Source: Vicinamibacteria bacterium (GTDB lineage: Bacteria; Acidobacteriota; Vicinamibacteria; Fen-336). From it: DNA of 64,000 nt. The notes below the pieces were generated by a model. That model saw only the letters and a list, made by a program, of their open reading frames with translations, was not told the origin of the DNA and did not search any database. Each line of letters opens with the position of its first letter. Position 1 is the first letter of the stretch. The position numbers and the translations under genes are program-made. Location: assembly GCA_050246895.1 (NCBI GenBank), contig JBFWVE010000006.1, positions 251,770 through 315,769 of the forward strand. Direction: 5' to 3'. Of the stretch, positions 41,943-51,977 are shown piece after piece.

Positions 41943-44644
41943 GCGCCGACGAAGCGGGCTGGGCGGCGCGCGTGCGAGGCCGCCTCGGCCCGGAAGCCGA
42001 CGCGGACGTCGTGCTCGAGCTCGCGCAGCACGCCGCGTCGAGCTACGCGGCCGCCCGCGCGGAGGGCGCCAGCGTAGAGCAGGCGCAGCGCGCGGTGGAA
42101 GCGGAGCTGGCGGGCTGGGGCGGCGCGCAGGCCGGGCTCGGCCGTCGGCCGCGACGGCCTCCGCTGCTGGAGCCGGCCGCCACGGGAACCAGCGGTCTCG
42201 CGGGCGTCCTCCACGACCTCCGGCACGCGGCGCGCTCGCTGCGGCGCCAGCCGGGCCACTCGGCCTTGGTCGTGCTCACGATGGCCGTCGGCATCGGCGC
42301 GACCACGCTGCTCTTCAGCGTGGTCCACGGCGTGCTGCTGCGGCCGCTGCCCTGGCCGCGTGCCGAGCGGCTGGTGCGTCTCGCCGAGACGCGCGAGGGC
42401 GCGACACGGCAATGGCCCTGGATGTTCACCAACGCGAGCTACCTGCCGTGGGTCGAGGATCCCGCCACGATCGAGGCGCTCGCCGGCTGGCGCAAGGACA
42501 CCGTCACGCTCACGGGCCGGGGCGACCCCGAGCGCCTGAGCCTCGCCGACGTGACGCCGAGCCTGTTTCCGATGCTCTCGGTCACGCCGGAGCTCGGCGA
42601 GGCGTTCTCGGAGGCGCAGGTGACAGACGGCGTGCTGCTGCTGTCGCACGCGCTCTGGCAGCAGCGCTTCGCGGGCCGGCCCGACGCGATCGGCCAGGTC
42701 GTCGAGCTGGACGGGCGGCCGCACCGGGTCCAGGGCGTGATGCCGCGCGAGTTCGAGTTCCCCGACGCCGACGCGCGCGCGTGGCGGCCGCTGCAGGTGC
42801 CGGCGGTCGTGGGCGCCGACGGAACCTCGCGCGGGATCTCGCTCTTCTCCGCGATGGCGCTGCTGCGGCCCGGCGTCAGGCCCGAGCAGGCCGCGGAGGA
42901 AGCAACCCAGCTTGCGCGGCTCGGGCCGGACCCCGGGATGGTGGCGCTCGCGCTGTTCGGGACGAAGGGCGCCGTGCGCATCAGGGCGGTGCCCGCGAAG
43001 GACGCGCTCGTCGCGGAGGTGCGGCCCGCGTTGCTGCTGCTGCTCGCATCGGTGGGCCTGCTGCTGGCCGCGGCCACGGCGAACGTGGCCAGCTTGCAGC
43101 TCGCGCGTGCGACCGCCCGCCGCCGTGAGCTCGCGGTGCGCGCGGCGCTCGGTGCTGGGGGCGCCCGGCTCGCGCGCCTGCTGCTGGCCGAGAGCCTGCT
43201 GCTCGGCCTCGCCGGCGGCGGCCTCGGGCTCGCGCTGGCCGCGGTCGGGCACGGCAGCCTGCCCACTCTGCTGCCACCCGACTTCCCGCGGCCCGACGCG
43301 ATCGCGCTCGACGCGCTGGTGGCGGGGGTGGCGGTCGCGCTCTCGCTCGGCGCCGGCGTGGCGTTCGGCGTGCTGCCGGCGCTGTTCGCCCGCGGGATCC
43401 CGCTCACCGAGGCGCTCGCCGACGACGGCGGCGGTGCCATCGGCGCCGGCCGCTCGAGCGCGGCCAGGATCCGCGCGGCGATGCTGACGGGACAGGTCGC
43501 GGTTGCGGCGCTGCTGCTGCTGGGCGCGCTGCAGGTCGGCCGCAGCTTCCTCGCGATGCTGGGAACCGAGCGCGGCTTCGAGCCGGCGAACCTGCTGGTC
43601 GCCCGCCTGCCGATGTCGGGCGCGCTGTTCAGCCCGGCGCGCCGGCGCGAGATCCCGGAGCGGCTGGTCGAGCGGCTGCGGGCGCTGCCCGCGGTCCGGC
43701 ACGCCGCCTTCACGAGCATCGTCCCGCTGGCGCCGAACGAGGCCGTCGCCGCCTTCACGGTGCCGGAAGGGACGCGCGGGGCGGCGGACGGGCGCCTGCA
43801 CACGGCGGTGCGCCTGGTCAGCCCCGACTACTTCCCCGCGCTCGGTCGCCGCCTGCTTGCCGGCCGCTGGTTCAGCGAGGCGGACGCGGCGGGCTCGCCG
43901 GACGTGCTGGTGGTGAACCGCACGTTCGCCCGGCGTCACCTGGGCGACGATCCCGTCGGATCGGTGCTGCCGATCCGGCTCGAGGAGGGACACGAGCGCT
44001 GGCAGGTGATCGGCGTCGTGGAAGACGTCAAGCAGGCCCGCCTGACCGAGCCGCCGCAGCCCGAGCTGTTCGCGTCCTACCGCCAGCGCCCGAGCGCGGC
44101 GCTCACCGAGCCTGTGCTGGTCGTGCGCACCGGCGGCGCGCCCGAGGCCCTGGCGCCGACACTGCGCGCGCTGGTCGCCGAGCAGGACCCCGCGCTGGCG
44201 CTCGGCTCGATCCGCAGCATGCAGGACATGGTCGAGACGAGCCTGGCCCGGCCGCGGCTCTACTCGCTGCTGCTGGGGCTGTTCGCCGCCTGCGCCCTCG
44301 CGATCGCAGGCGTCGGCCTGTTCGGCGTGCTGTCGTACGCGGTGGCGCTGCGCACGCGCGAGATCGGCCTGCGCGTGGCGCTCGGCGCGCGGCCGCGCGA
44401 CGTGGTGCGGCTGGTCGCGGGCCGCGGCCTGCGGCTGGCCTGCGCGGGCCTCGCGCTCGGCCTGCTGGCGGCGGCCTTCCTCGGCCGCTTCGTCGCCTCC
44501 CTGCTCTACGGTGTGAGGCCGCAGGACCCGTTGGGCGTCGCTGCGGTGGCGTTGGCGCTCGTCGGCGTCGCCGGCCTGGCCTCCGCGCTGCCCGCGCTGC
44601 GGGCCGCGCGCATCGACCCGCAGCGCGCACTGCGCGAGGGCTAG
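41939..44644 (+). CDS. ADOP-type ABC permease (FtsX-like) with an N-terminal permease-prefix domain; coupled to PadR
   Basis: The GTG start overlaps the PadR stop (GTGA). The protein reads VSADEAGWAARVRGRLGPEADADVVLELAQH...LRRQPGHSALVVLTMAVGIGATTLLFSVVHGVLLRPLPWP.... It is 901 aa. Confidence 0.85.
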   Translation: MSADEAGWAARVRGRLGPEADADVVLELAQHAASSYAAARAEGASVEQAQRAVEAELAGWGGAQAGLGRRPRRPPLLEPAATGTSGLAGVLHDLRHAARSLRRQPGHSALVVLTMAVGIGATTLLFSVVHGVLLRPLPWPRAERLVRLAETREGATRQWPWMFTNASYLPWVEDPATIEALAGWRKDTVTLTGRGDPERLSLADVTPSLFPMLSVTPELGEAFSEAQVTDGVLLLSHALWQQRFAGRPDAIGQVVELDGRPHRVQGVMPREFEFPDADARAWRPLQVPAVVGADGTSRGISLFSAMALLRPGVRPEQAAEEATQLARLGPDPGMVALALFGTKGAVRIRAVPAKDALVAEVRPALLLLLASVGLLLAAATANVASLQLARATARRRELAVRAALGAGGARLARLLLAESLLLGLAGGGLGLALAAVGHGSLPTLLPPDFPRPDAIALDALVAGVAVALSLGAGVAFGVLPALFARGIPLTEALADDGGGAIGAGRSSAARIRAAMLTGQVAVAALLLLGALQVGRSFLAMLGTERGFEPANLLVARLPMSGALFSPARRREIPERLVERLRALPAVRHAAFTSIVPLAPNEAVAAFTVPEGTRGAADGRLHTAVRLVSPDYFPALGRRLLAGRWFSEADAAGSPDVLVVNRTFARRHLGDDPVGSVLPIRLEEGHERWQVIGVVEDVKQARLTEPPQPELFASYRQRPSAALTEPVLVVRTGGAPEALAPTLRALVAEQDPALALGSIRSMQDMVETSLARPRLYSLLLGLFAACALAIAGVGLFGVLSYAVALRTREIGLRVALGARPRDVVRLVAGRGLRLACAGLALGLLAAAFLGRFVASLLYGVRPQDPLGVAAVALALVGVAGLASALPALRAARIDPQRALREG

Positions 44645-44648
44645 GGTC

Positions 44649-46070
44649 CTAGCGGCGCTTCTTGCTGACGGGCGTGCGCGACAGCTCGTCGTAGAGGTAG
44701 ATCGCCGACTTCATGCACTTCACCCAGTCGCCGAGGTGCAGGCTCTCGTTCTCCGAGTGGGCGTTGCAGGCCGGGTCCTCGACGCCCATCAGCAGGCAGG
44801 GCGCGCCGCCCAGCAGCTTCGCGAACGGGCCCACGAAGCCGATCGAGCCGCCGGCGCCCATCATCACGGTCTGCTTGCCGTAGCCGGCCTCGAGCGCGCG
44901 GCGGGCGGCCTCGAAGGCCGGACCCTCGGGATCCGTGGTCCACCACGGCGTCACCGCCTTGCGGCTCTGGCTGACGCTGACCTTGGCGCCGTAAGGCACC
45001 TTCGAGGTCAGCCTCTTCCTGAGCAGGCTCGCCGCTTTGTTGCCGTCCATCTCCGGCACGGTGCGCAGCGACAGGCGCGCGCGCGCCGCGTCGATGATCT
45101 GGTTCGAGCTGCCCTGGAACTGCCGCGCCTCGAAGGCGATCACCGTCAGCGAAGGCCGCGTCCACAGCTTCTCGTAGACGGAGTAGCCCTGCTCCCCCGC
45201 CAGCCTCATGCCCGGCATCATGCCGGCTTCCTTCTTGAAGCGCGCCTCGCTGAAGGGCAGCGCGCGGATGCGCTGCAGCTGCTTCTTGGGAGGCCTGGCG
45301 ACCATCCGGTAGAGGCCCGGGATGTCGAGCGAGCCGTCGTCCTTGGTCAGGCCGGCGATCAGCTTGCAGAGGATCTGCACCGGATCGGGAACCGGGCCGC
45401 CCCACATGCCGCTGTGGACGGGCTGCTTCAGCGACTGCACCTCGACGTCGAGCTGGCAGATGCCGCGCAGCTGGTAGGTCAGCGCGGGCACGCCCACCGC
45501 GAAGTTCGAGGTGTCGGAGAGCACGATGAAGTCGGCCGCCAGCCGGTCCTCGTACTTCGCGAGGAAGCTGCCCAGGTTGCCGGAGCCGATCTCCTCCTCG
45601 CCCTCGATCACGAACTTGACGTTGCAGGGCAGCGCGCCGCTCGACCTCAGGTAGGACGCCGCCGCGGCCACGTGAGCCATCACGCCGGCCTTGTCGTCGG
45701 CGGTGCCGCGTCCGTAGAGGCGGCCGTTGCGCTCGGCGGGCTCGAAGGGCGGCGAGTCCCAGCGATCGTGGCGGCCCTCGGGCTGGACGTCGTGGTGCCC
45801 GTAGAGCAGGATCGTGGGGGCGCCCGGCTGCTTCAGCCAGTCGCCGTAGACGTACGGGTGGACGCCCGGGATCTCGAGCACCTCGACGTTCTCGATGCCC
45901 GCCTCGCGCATCGCGCGGGCCGTCGCGTCGGCCGAGCGGCGCACCTCTGCGGCCGGGAAGCCGGCGGCCGAGATGCTGGGGATCTTCGACAGCTCGACGA
46001 GCGTCGACTTGAAATCCCCGTAGTGGGCGTCGAGGTAGCCGAGAGCCTGCTTGACGATGCCGTTGGCCAT
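44649..46070 (-). CDS. M20-family metallopeptidase (dipeptidase / ArgE-DapE-like)
   Basis: ILLYGHHDVQP and GRGTADDKAG are the M20 metal-ligand motifs. Confidence 0.85.
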   Translation of the reverse strand: MANGIVKQALGYLDAHYGDFKSTLVELSKIPSISAAGFPAAEVRRSADATARAMREAGIENVEVLEIPGVHPYVYGDWLKQPGAPTILLYGHHDVQPEGRHDRWDSPPFEPAERNGRLYGRGTADDKAGVMAHVAAAASYLRSSGALPCNVKFVIEGEEEIGSGNLGSFLAKYEDRLAADFIVLSDTSNFAVGVPALTYQLRGICQLDVEVQSLKQPVHSGMWGGPVPDPVQILCKLIAGLTKDDGSLDIPGLYRMVARPPKKQLQRIRALPFSEARFKKEAGMMPGMRLAGEQGYSVYEKLWTRPSLTVIAFEARQFQGSSNQIIDAARARLSLRTVPEMDGNKAASLLRKRLTSKVPYGAKVSVSQSRKAVTPWWTTDPEGPAFEAARRALEAGYGKQTVMMGAGGSIGFVGPFAKLLGGAPCLLMGVEDPACNAHSENESLHLGDWVKCMKSAIYLYDELSRTPVSKKRR

Positions 46071-46195
46071 CTTCGTGGTCCCTCCGAATCAGAGCCTGAT
46101 CGTTACGAGATGAGAGCCGCGCGCCGCGCGGCTGCGGCGCGGCGCCGGCCAGTGTAGATCAGCGAAAGCCCGCTACCATAGGCCAGGAGGCTCAG

Positions 46196-47563
46196 GTGGC
46201 ACTCGTCTCGGTCAACCCGGTGAACGGCCAGCGCCTGCGTGAATACGAGGAGCATTCCGACGCCCGCGTCGCCGAGATGCTGGCGGCCGCCGCCCGCGGC
46301 TACGCCGGCTGGCGGCGCACCAGCTTCAGCGAGCGCCGGCGCGCGCTCGAGCAGGCGGGCACGCTGCTGGAAGAGCGCAGGGAGGCCCTCGCGCGCCTGA
46401 TGGCGCTCGAGATGGGCAAGCCGCTGGCGCAGGGCCGCGCCGAGGTCGACAAGTGCGCCTCCGTCTGCCGCTACTACGCCGAGCACGGCGAGGCCCTGCT
46501 GCGCTCCGAGGACGTGGCGACCGAGGCGTCGCACAGCTTCGTCGCCTACCAGCCGCTCGGCCCGGTGCTGGCGGTGATGCCCTGGAACTTCCCGCTCTGG
46601 CAGGTGTTCCGCTTCGCCGCGCCCGCGCTGATGGCCGGCAACGTCGGCCTGCTGAAGCACGCGTCGAACGTCAGCGGCTGCGCGCTGGCGATCGAGGAGC
46701 TGCTGCACGAAGCCGGCGTGCCGCAGGGGGCCTTCCGCACGCTGCTCGTGCCCTCGTCGCGGGTGAAGGCCCTGGTGGAGGCGCCCGAGGTCAGGGCCGT
46801 CACGCTGACGGGCTCGACGCCCGCCGGCCGCGCGGTGGCCGGGGCCGCCGGGGCGGCGCTCAAGAAGTCGGTGCTCGAGCTGGGCGGCAGCGACGCCTAC
46901 GTCATCCTGGAGGACGCCGATCTCGAGGCCGCCGCCGAGGCCTGCGCCACCGCGCGCCTGATCAACTCGGGCCAGAGCTGCATCGCGGCCAAGCGCTTCG
47001 TGGCGGTCGAGGCCGTGCACGACCGCTTCGCGCGGCTGCTGGTCGAGCGCATGGCGGCCCGGCGCATGGGCGATCCGCTGGCCGAGGGCGTCGACGTCGG
47101 CCCGCAGGCGCGCACGGACCTGCGCGACGAGCTGGAGCTCCAGGTCGAGCGCAGCCTGAAGGCGGGAGCGCGCGCGCTGCTCGGCTGCGAGAGGCCGGCC
47201 GGTCCCGGCGCCTTCTACCCGCCGAGCGTGCTGGCCGGCGTGGCCAGGGGCATGCCGGCCTTCGACGAGGAGCTGTTCGGCCCCGTGGCGGCCGTGGTGC
47301 GGGCGCGCGACGAGGCCGAGGCGGTCCAGCTCGCGAACGACAGCCCCTTCGGCCTCGGCGCCGCGGTCTTCAGCGCGGACCTGGAGCGCGCCGAGCGGCT
47401 GGCCGCCACGCAGATCGAGGCGGGCAGCTGCTTCGTCAACGCGTTCGTGCGCTCCGATCCGCGCCTGCCGTTCGGCGGCATCAAGGAGTCGGGCTACGGG
47501 CGCGAGCTCGGAGTCTGGGGCATCCGCGAGTTCGTGAACGTCAAGACGATCTACGTGAAGTGA
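46196..47563 (+). CDS. NAD(P)-dependent aldehyde dehydrogenase (succinate-semialdehyde dehydrogenase-like)
   Basis: VNPVNGQRL...LELGGSDAYVIL...NSGQSCIAAKRF shows the ALDH catalytic Cys and Glu motifs. Confidence 0.85.
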   Translation: MALVSVNPVNGQRLREYEEHSDARVAEMLAAAARGYAGWRRTSFSERRRALEQAGTLLEERREALARLMALEMGKPLAQGRAEVDKCASVCRYYAEHGEALLRSEDVATEASHSFVAYQPLGPVLAVMPWNFPLWQVFRFAAPALMAGNVGLLKHASNVSGCALAIEELLHEAGVPQGAFRTLLVPSSRVKALVEAPEVRAVTLTGSTPAGRAVAGAAGAALKKSVLELGGSDAYVILEDADLEAAAEACATARLINSGQSCIAAKRFVAVEAVHDRFARLLVERMAARRMGDPLAEGVDVGPQARTDLRDELELQVERSLKAGARALLGCERPAGPGAFYPPSVLAGVARGMPAFDEELFGPVAAVVRARDEAEAVQLANDSPFGLGAAVFSADLERAERLAATQIEAGSCFVNAFVRSDPRLPFGGIKESGYGRELGVWGIREFVNVKTIYVK

Positions 47564-48038
47564 GCCAGGCCTCCAGGTTGCGCTCGATCTGCTGCGCGTG
47601 CCCCTCGAGGTGCCGCGCGTAGCTGCGCAGCCAGTCCTCCGCGCCGTAGGGCCCCGACTCCGTGTGCCGGCCCTGCTTCGCCCAGTCCGCCAGCTGCAGG
47701 CGCCGGATCATCGGCAGCGTGTGCGCCCGCACGGCATCGACGGTGCGCAGCGCGACGTCCGCGGGGTGCGCGTGGTAGTCCAGGACGCGCGCCCAATCGG
47801 CCTGGTCGTAGCCGAGGATGAGCGGCTCCTTCTCGGCGACGAGATAGCGGATGCGCAGCGAGGCGTTGCTCTCGGAGTCGGCGCAGTGCACCACCACCTC
47901 GTGGGCCGACCATTTGTCCTCGTCCGGCCGCCACTGGCGCGCCTCGGCAGGCACCTTCTCCCAGGCGGCGCGCAGCCGCGCCGGACCCATCTCGTACTCC
48001 CGAATCAGCTCCTCGCGCTCGCGTGCGTCCATCGGCAT
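47541..48038 (-). CDS. DinB/YfiT-like (DinB_2) four-helix metalloenzyme-family protein
   Basis: From Met22 of the track ORF: MPMDAREREELIREYEMGPARLRAAW...WSAHEVVVHCADSE...YARHLEGHAQQIER. A GGAAAGG RBS precedes the start. Confidence 0.6.
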   Translation of the reverse strand: MPMDAREREELIREYEMGPARLRAAWEKVPAEARQWRPDEDKWSAHEVVVHCADSESNASLRIRYLVAEKEPLILGYDQADWARVLDYHAHPADVALRTVDAVRAHTLPMIRRLQLADWAKQGRHTESGPYGAEDWLRSYARHLEGHAQQIERNLEAWLTSRRSS

Positions 48039-48109
48039 CCCGCCTTTCCGCAGCCCCGTCGCCGACCGTCCTGGCCGGACAGTCTGATTCTCCGACTCCA
48101 CTCAGTCGT

Positions 48110-48141
48110 ATGTCAATCTGAGCCGACTACTGCATTGACAA
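48110..48141. promoter_or_regulatory. 7-bp inverted repeat TGTCAAT-N16-ATTGACA in a lower-GC divergent promoter region (candidate operator); coordinates approximate
   Basis: Seen directly in the sequence between the divergent DinB-like gene and the DUF1800/DUF1501 operon. The ATTGACA half also resembles a -35 element. Confidence 0.3.
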
Positions 48142-48276
48142 TCGTAAGGTACGAGAGACCCCTCTCCCGCGCCGCCGAAGGCGAATCCGACCTGCGGCGG
48201 GGGCGCCCGAGCGGGACCTTGCGCGCGTTCAACCTTCAAGACATCCTTACGGTCGAAGTAAGCCAGGAGGCGACCC

Positions 48277-49689
48277 TTGCCAGCACCGGAGAGCCTGGGA
48301 TCCCGAGTCGTCCTGCATCTGCTGAACCGGGCCGCCTACGGCCCGCGGCCCGGCGAGATCGAGGACGTGCTCCGGCGCGGGCCGACCGAATGGATCGAGG
48401 ATCAGCTCGCCCCCGGTCCCGACCCGGAGCTCGACGCCAGGCTCGCGGCCTATCCGACGCTGTCCTACACGACCACGCGGGTGCTCTCGCTCTACAACGC
48501 GGACCAGCGCTCGATCGGCGTGATCCTCGACGAGCTGTTCAGCGCCAAGATCGTGCGCTCGGTCTACGCGAGGTACCAGCTCCAGGAGGCGCTCGTCGAC
48601 TTCTGGTTCAACCACTTCAACGTCTTCGTGAACGACGGCTTCGACCGCTACTCGATCGGCTCGTACGAGCGCGACGCGATCCGGCCGCGCGTGCTGGGAC
48701 GCTTCCGGGACCTGCTCGAGGCCGCCTCGCTGCACCCGGCGATGCTCTTCTACCTCGACAACTACCTGAACACGGTGCCGCGCCAGCAGGGCAACCGCGT
48801 CATCGGCGGCATCAACGAGAACCAGGGCCGCGAGCTGCTCGAGCTGCACACGGTCGGCGTCGACGCCGGTTACACCCAGGCGGACGTGGTCGAGGCCTCG
48901 CGCTGTCTGACCGGCCACGGCATCGACAACCTCGGCGCCAGCGGCAACTACCTCTACCGCCCCGCCAACCACGACAACGGCGCGAAGCAGGTCTTCGGCC
49001 TTTCCGTGCCCGCGGGCGGCGGCGAGCGCGACGTCGAGCTGCTGTTCGACCACCTCGCGAGCCATCCGGCCACCGCTCGCTTCATCTGCTACCGGCTGGC
49101 CCAGCGCTTCGTCGCCGACGTCCCGCCCGAGGGTCTCGTCGGACGGCTGGCCGAAGCCTTCCTGCGCACGGACGGCGACCTGCGCGAGGTCGCGCGCGCG
49201 CTGTTCGGCAGCCCCGAGTTCTGGGCGGAGGCCTTCGGCTCCGGCAAGCCGAAGACGGGCTTCGAGTACGTGATCAGCGTGCTGCGGGCGACCGGGGCGC
49301 GGCTGAACCAGACGCGCAGCGTGCGCACGGCGCTCCAGGACGCCGGCATGCCGCTCTACGCCTGCAACCCACCTACCGGCTACAGCAACCGCGGCGACGA
49401 CTGGCTGAACCCGTCGGCGCAGCTCTACCGCATGAACTTCGCGCTCGACGCCTCGGCTGGAGCGCTCGCGGGCGTCGTCACCGACGTGCGAACGCTGATC
49501 CGCGACGGCGGCGGTGACGCCGAGAACCCGCGCTCGGCGGCGGAGGCGATCGACCGCGAGGTCTTCGGACGGACGCTCTCCTCCAGCACGCTCGCCGCGG
49601 CCGCGCGGGTCACGACTCCCGCGAGCGTGCCGGTGTCGACGCGGGTCGCGGGCGTGATCTTCGCCGGTCCCGAGATGCAGGTGAGGTGA
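48277..49689 (+). CDS. DUF1800-family protein
   Basis: HLLNRAAYGPRPGE...DFWFNHFNVF...YLDNYLN are the characteristic DUF1800 motifs. Confidence 0.8.
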   Translation: MPAPESLGSRVVLHLLNRAAYGPRPGEIEDVLRRGPTEWIEDQLAPGPDPELDARLAAYPTLSYTTTRVLSLYNADQRSIGVILDELFSAKIVRSVYARYQLQEALVDFWFNHFNVFVNDGFDRYSIGSYERDAIRPRVLGRFRDLLEAASLHPAMLFYLDNYLNTVPRQQGNRVIGGINENQGRELLELHTVGVDAGYTQADVVEASRCLTGHGIDNLGASGNYLYRPANHDNGAKQVFGLSVPAGGGERDVELLFDHLASHPATARFICYRLAQRFVADVPPEGLVGRLAEAFLRTDGDLREVARALFGSPEFWAEAFGSGKPKTGFEYVISVLRATGARLNQTRSVRTALQDAGMPLYACNPPTGYSNRGDDWLNPSAQLYRMNFALDASAGALAGVVTDVRTLIRDGGGDAENPRSAAEAIDREVFGRTLSSSTLAAAARVTTPASVPVSTRVAGVIFAGPEMQVR

Positions 49690-49693
49690 GCCG

Positions 49694-50908
49694 ATGAGCT
49701 GGGACGCCTCACGTCGCGTCTTCCTGAAGGGCGCCGGCCTCGCCGCCGTTGGCGTGGGCATCGCCCCTTCCTCCCTGCTCGTTCGCACGGCCCAGGCCGC
49801 CGGCCTCGGCGAGAAGGTGCTGGTCAAGGTGTTCCTGCGCGGGGGAGCCGACGGGCTCAACCTGTGCGCCCCCTACGGCGACGCCCAGTACTACGACCTG
49901 CGCCAGGGCATCGCGCTGCCGGCACCGGGAGCGTCCGGCGGCGTCGTTCGGCTCGACGGCACGTTCGGCCTGCACCCGGAGCTCGCGCCGCTGCGGCCGT
50001 TCTTCGACGACGGCCGGCTGGCGGTCATCCACGCCGTCGGCAACCCGCAGGTGACACGCTCGCACTTCGACGCCCAGGACTTCCAGGAATCCGGCACGCC
50101 CGGCAGCAAACAGACGCCGACGGGCTGGCTCGACCGCGCGATCGCCCAGATCCCGGGCGCGCAGGTGACGCAGGCCGTCTCCTTCTCCACGCAGCTCGTG
50201 CGCTCCTATCTCGGTCCGGAGCCCGTGCTGGTCGCGCAGTCGCTGGCCTCCTTCGACCTGCGCGCGCGCAACTGGCGCGCGGAGGCCGAAACGCTGCTGC
50301 GCTCGATGTACGACGCCGACCAGACCGAGGTGGGCGCCACCGGCCGCGAGACCTTCGAGGCGATCAACACGCTGCTGCGCGTGCCGCCGGCGGCCCCTGC
50401 CAACGGGGCGGCCTACCCGGTCGCCAACGTCGGCAACTCCCTGCGCCAGGCGGCGCAGCTGATCAAGGCCGGCATCGGCACCCGCTGCATCTACGTCAAC
50501 GTGACGGGCGGCTTCGACACGCACTCGAACCAGCTCCAGAACAACACCGTCGACTACCGCCCGATCGGCCAGGCGCTGGCGGCTTTCGCCACCGACCTCG
50601 GGGGCCTGCTCGACGACGTCGTGCTGATGGTGACGACGGAGTTCGGGCGCACCGCCGCCGTCAACGGCGCCGCGGGCACGGATCACGGCACCGGCTACGC
50701 CATGCTGGTGCTCGGGGGCCGGGTCCGCGGCGGGCGCGTGCTCGGCCGCTGGCCCGGGCTGGGCCGCGGGCAGCTCTACCAGGACCGCGACCTGGCGGCG
50801 ACGACCGACTTCCGCGACGTCTTCCAGGAAGTCGCGCGCGCGCAGTTCGGCATCACCGCATCGCTGTTCCCCGGCTACACCCCGGGCTCCGGCGTCGGAG
50901 TCGTCTGA
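49694..50908 (+). CDS. DUF1501-family protein (Tat signal, sulfatase-like)
   Basis: MSWDASRRVFLKGAGLAAVGV is a twin-arginine signal peptide. It is the conserved partner of DUF1800 and sits 4 bp downstream. Confidence 0.8.
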   Translation: MSWDASRRVFLKGAGLAAVGVGIAPSSLLVRTAQAAGLGEKVLVKVFLRGGADGLNLCAPYGDAQYYDLRQGIALPAPGASGGVVRLDGTFGLHPELAPLRPFFDDGRLAVIHAVGNPQVTRSHFDAQDFQESGTPGSKQTPTGWLDRAIAQIPGAQVTQAVSFSTQLVRSYLGPEPVLVAQSLASFDLRARNWRAEAETLLRSMYDADQTEVGATGRETFEAINTLLRVPPAAPANGAAYPVANVGNSLRQAAQLIKAGIGTRCIYVNVTGGFDTHSNQLQNNTVDYRPIGQALAAFATDLGGLLDDVVLMVTTEFGRTAAVNGAAGTDHGTGYAMLVLGGRVRGGRVLGRWPGLGRGQLYQDRDLAATTDFRDVFQEVARAQFGITASLFPGYTPGSGVGVV

Positions 50909-50940
50909 GACAGCCCTCACCAGGAAAGGACCTGAATCGA

Positions 50941-51489
50941 GTGCAACGACCGCTTCGCCGTGCGACGCCGCTGATCGCCGCCCTGGCCGCCCTGCTCGCC
51001 CCGACGGCGTCGGCCGGCGAGAAGCTGCCGGTGGACCTCTTCGCCGGCTATTCCTACGCGGACATCTCGGAGGAAGGCCGTCACGGCGCCGACGCCGCCC
51101 TCGGCCTCGCCCTCGCCGGGCCCGTCTCCGCTTTCGTCGACGCGAGCGCCCACTGGGCCAGTGTCTCCGGCGTCGACCTGTCCGACTGGACGCTGATGGC
51201 CGGTCCCGGCATGCGCTTCGGCAAGGCCGGCGGCAGCGTGTTCTTCGTGCGGGCGCTCGGCGGTCTTGTGCACGACCGCGCTTCGATCACGGTCCTCGAC
51301 GTGGACATCGGCGAGAGCAACAGCCGGCTCGGCGTCCTCGCCGGCGGCGGGATCGACCTGCGCGTGGCGCGCGCCTGGGCCGTGCGCGTGCAGGGCGACT
51401 ACCTCTGGAACGACGCCCCCGAAGGCGCCAAGACGAGCGGCTTCCGCGCCGCCGCGGGCGTCGTCTACCGCTTCGGGATCGGCCGGTGA
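50941..51489 (+). CDS. Outer-membrane beta-barrel protein (OmpW/porin-like, 182 aa)
   Basis: The GTG start is in frame within artifact ORF 49864..51489. There is a signal peptide (LIAALAALLAPTASA), alternating beta-strand pattern and a C-terminal ...GVVYRFGIGR. Confidence 0.55.
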   Translation: MQRPLRRATPLIAALAALLAPTASAGEKLPVDLFAGYSYADISEEGRHGADAALGLALAGPVSAFVDASAHWASVSGVDLSDWTLMAGPGMRFGKAGGSVFFVRALGGLVHDRASITVLDVDIGESNSRLGVLAGGGIDLRVARAWAVRVQGDYLWNDAPEGAKTSGFRAAAGVVYRFGIGR

Positions 51490-51947
51490 AGACCAGCCGG
51501 CGCGCCTTCGTGACGGTCGCCGGCGCGAGCGTCGCGACGACCCTCGCGGGCTGCGGCGGTGGTGGAGGCGGCTCCTCGCCGACGGCTCCCTCCGCGGGCA
51601 CGCCGACCCCGGCACCCACGCCGACGCCCGGCTCGAATGAGGTCCGGATCCCGCTGATGGGGATCGGCGAGACGAGCGCGACCTCGGTCAACCTGGTGGG
51701 CGGCCTGCAGACGCCGCTCGCCGTCACGCGGCTGTCGGCCACCGAGGTGGTGGCGGTCTCGCGCATCTGCACGCACGAGAGCTGCACGGTGGCGCTGCCT
51801 GCCTCGGCCGGAGCGACGCTCGACTGCCCTTGCCACGGCTCGCGCTTCCGCACCACCGGCCAGGTCGTGAACGGCCCCGCCGCCCGCCCGCTCTCGACGT
51901 TCCCGGCGGCGATCCGCGGCAACGAGGTCGTGATCACGATCGGCTGA
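51486..51947 (+). CDS. Rieske [2Fe-2S] domain protein, Tat lipoprotein
   Basis: SRRAFVTVAG (twin-arginine) and LAGCGGG (lipobox), then CTHESC...CPCHGSRF, the Rieske cluster ligands. The GTG overlaps the upstream stop. Confidence 0.8.
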   Translation: MKTSRRAFVTVAGASVATTLAGCGGGGGGSSPTAPSAGTPTPAPTPTPGSNEVRIPLMGIGETSATSVNLVGGLQTPLAVTRLSATEVVAVSRICTHESCTVALPASAGATLDCPCHGSRFRTTGQVVNGPAARPLSTFPAAIRGNEVVITIG

Positions 51948-51977
51948 CTGCGCCGGCAACCCTTATAGTCGCGCTTC

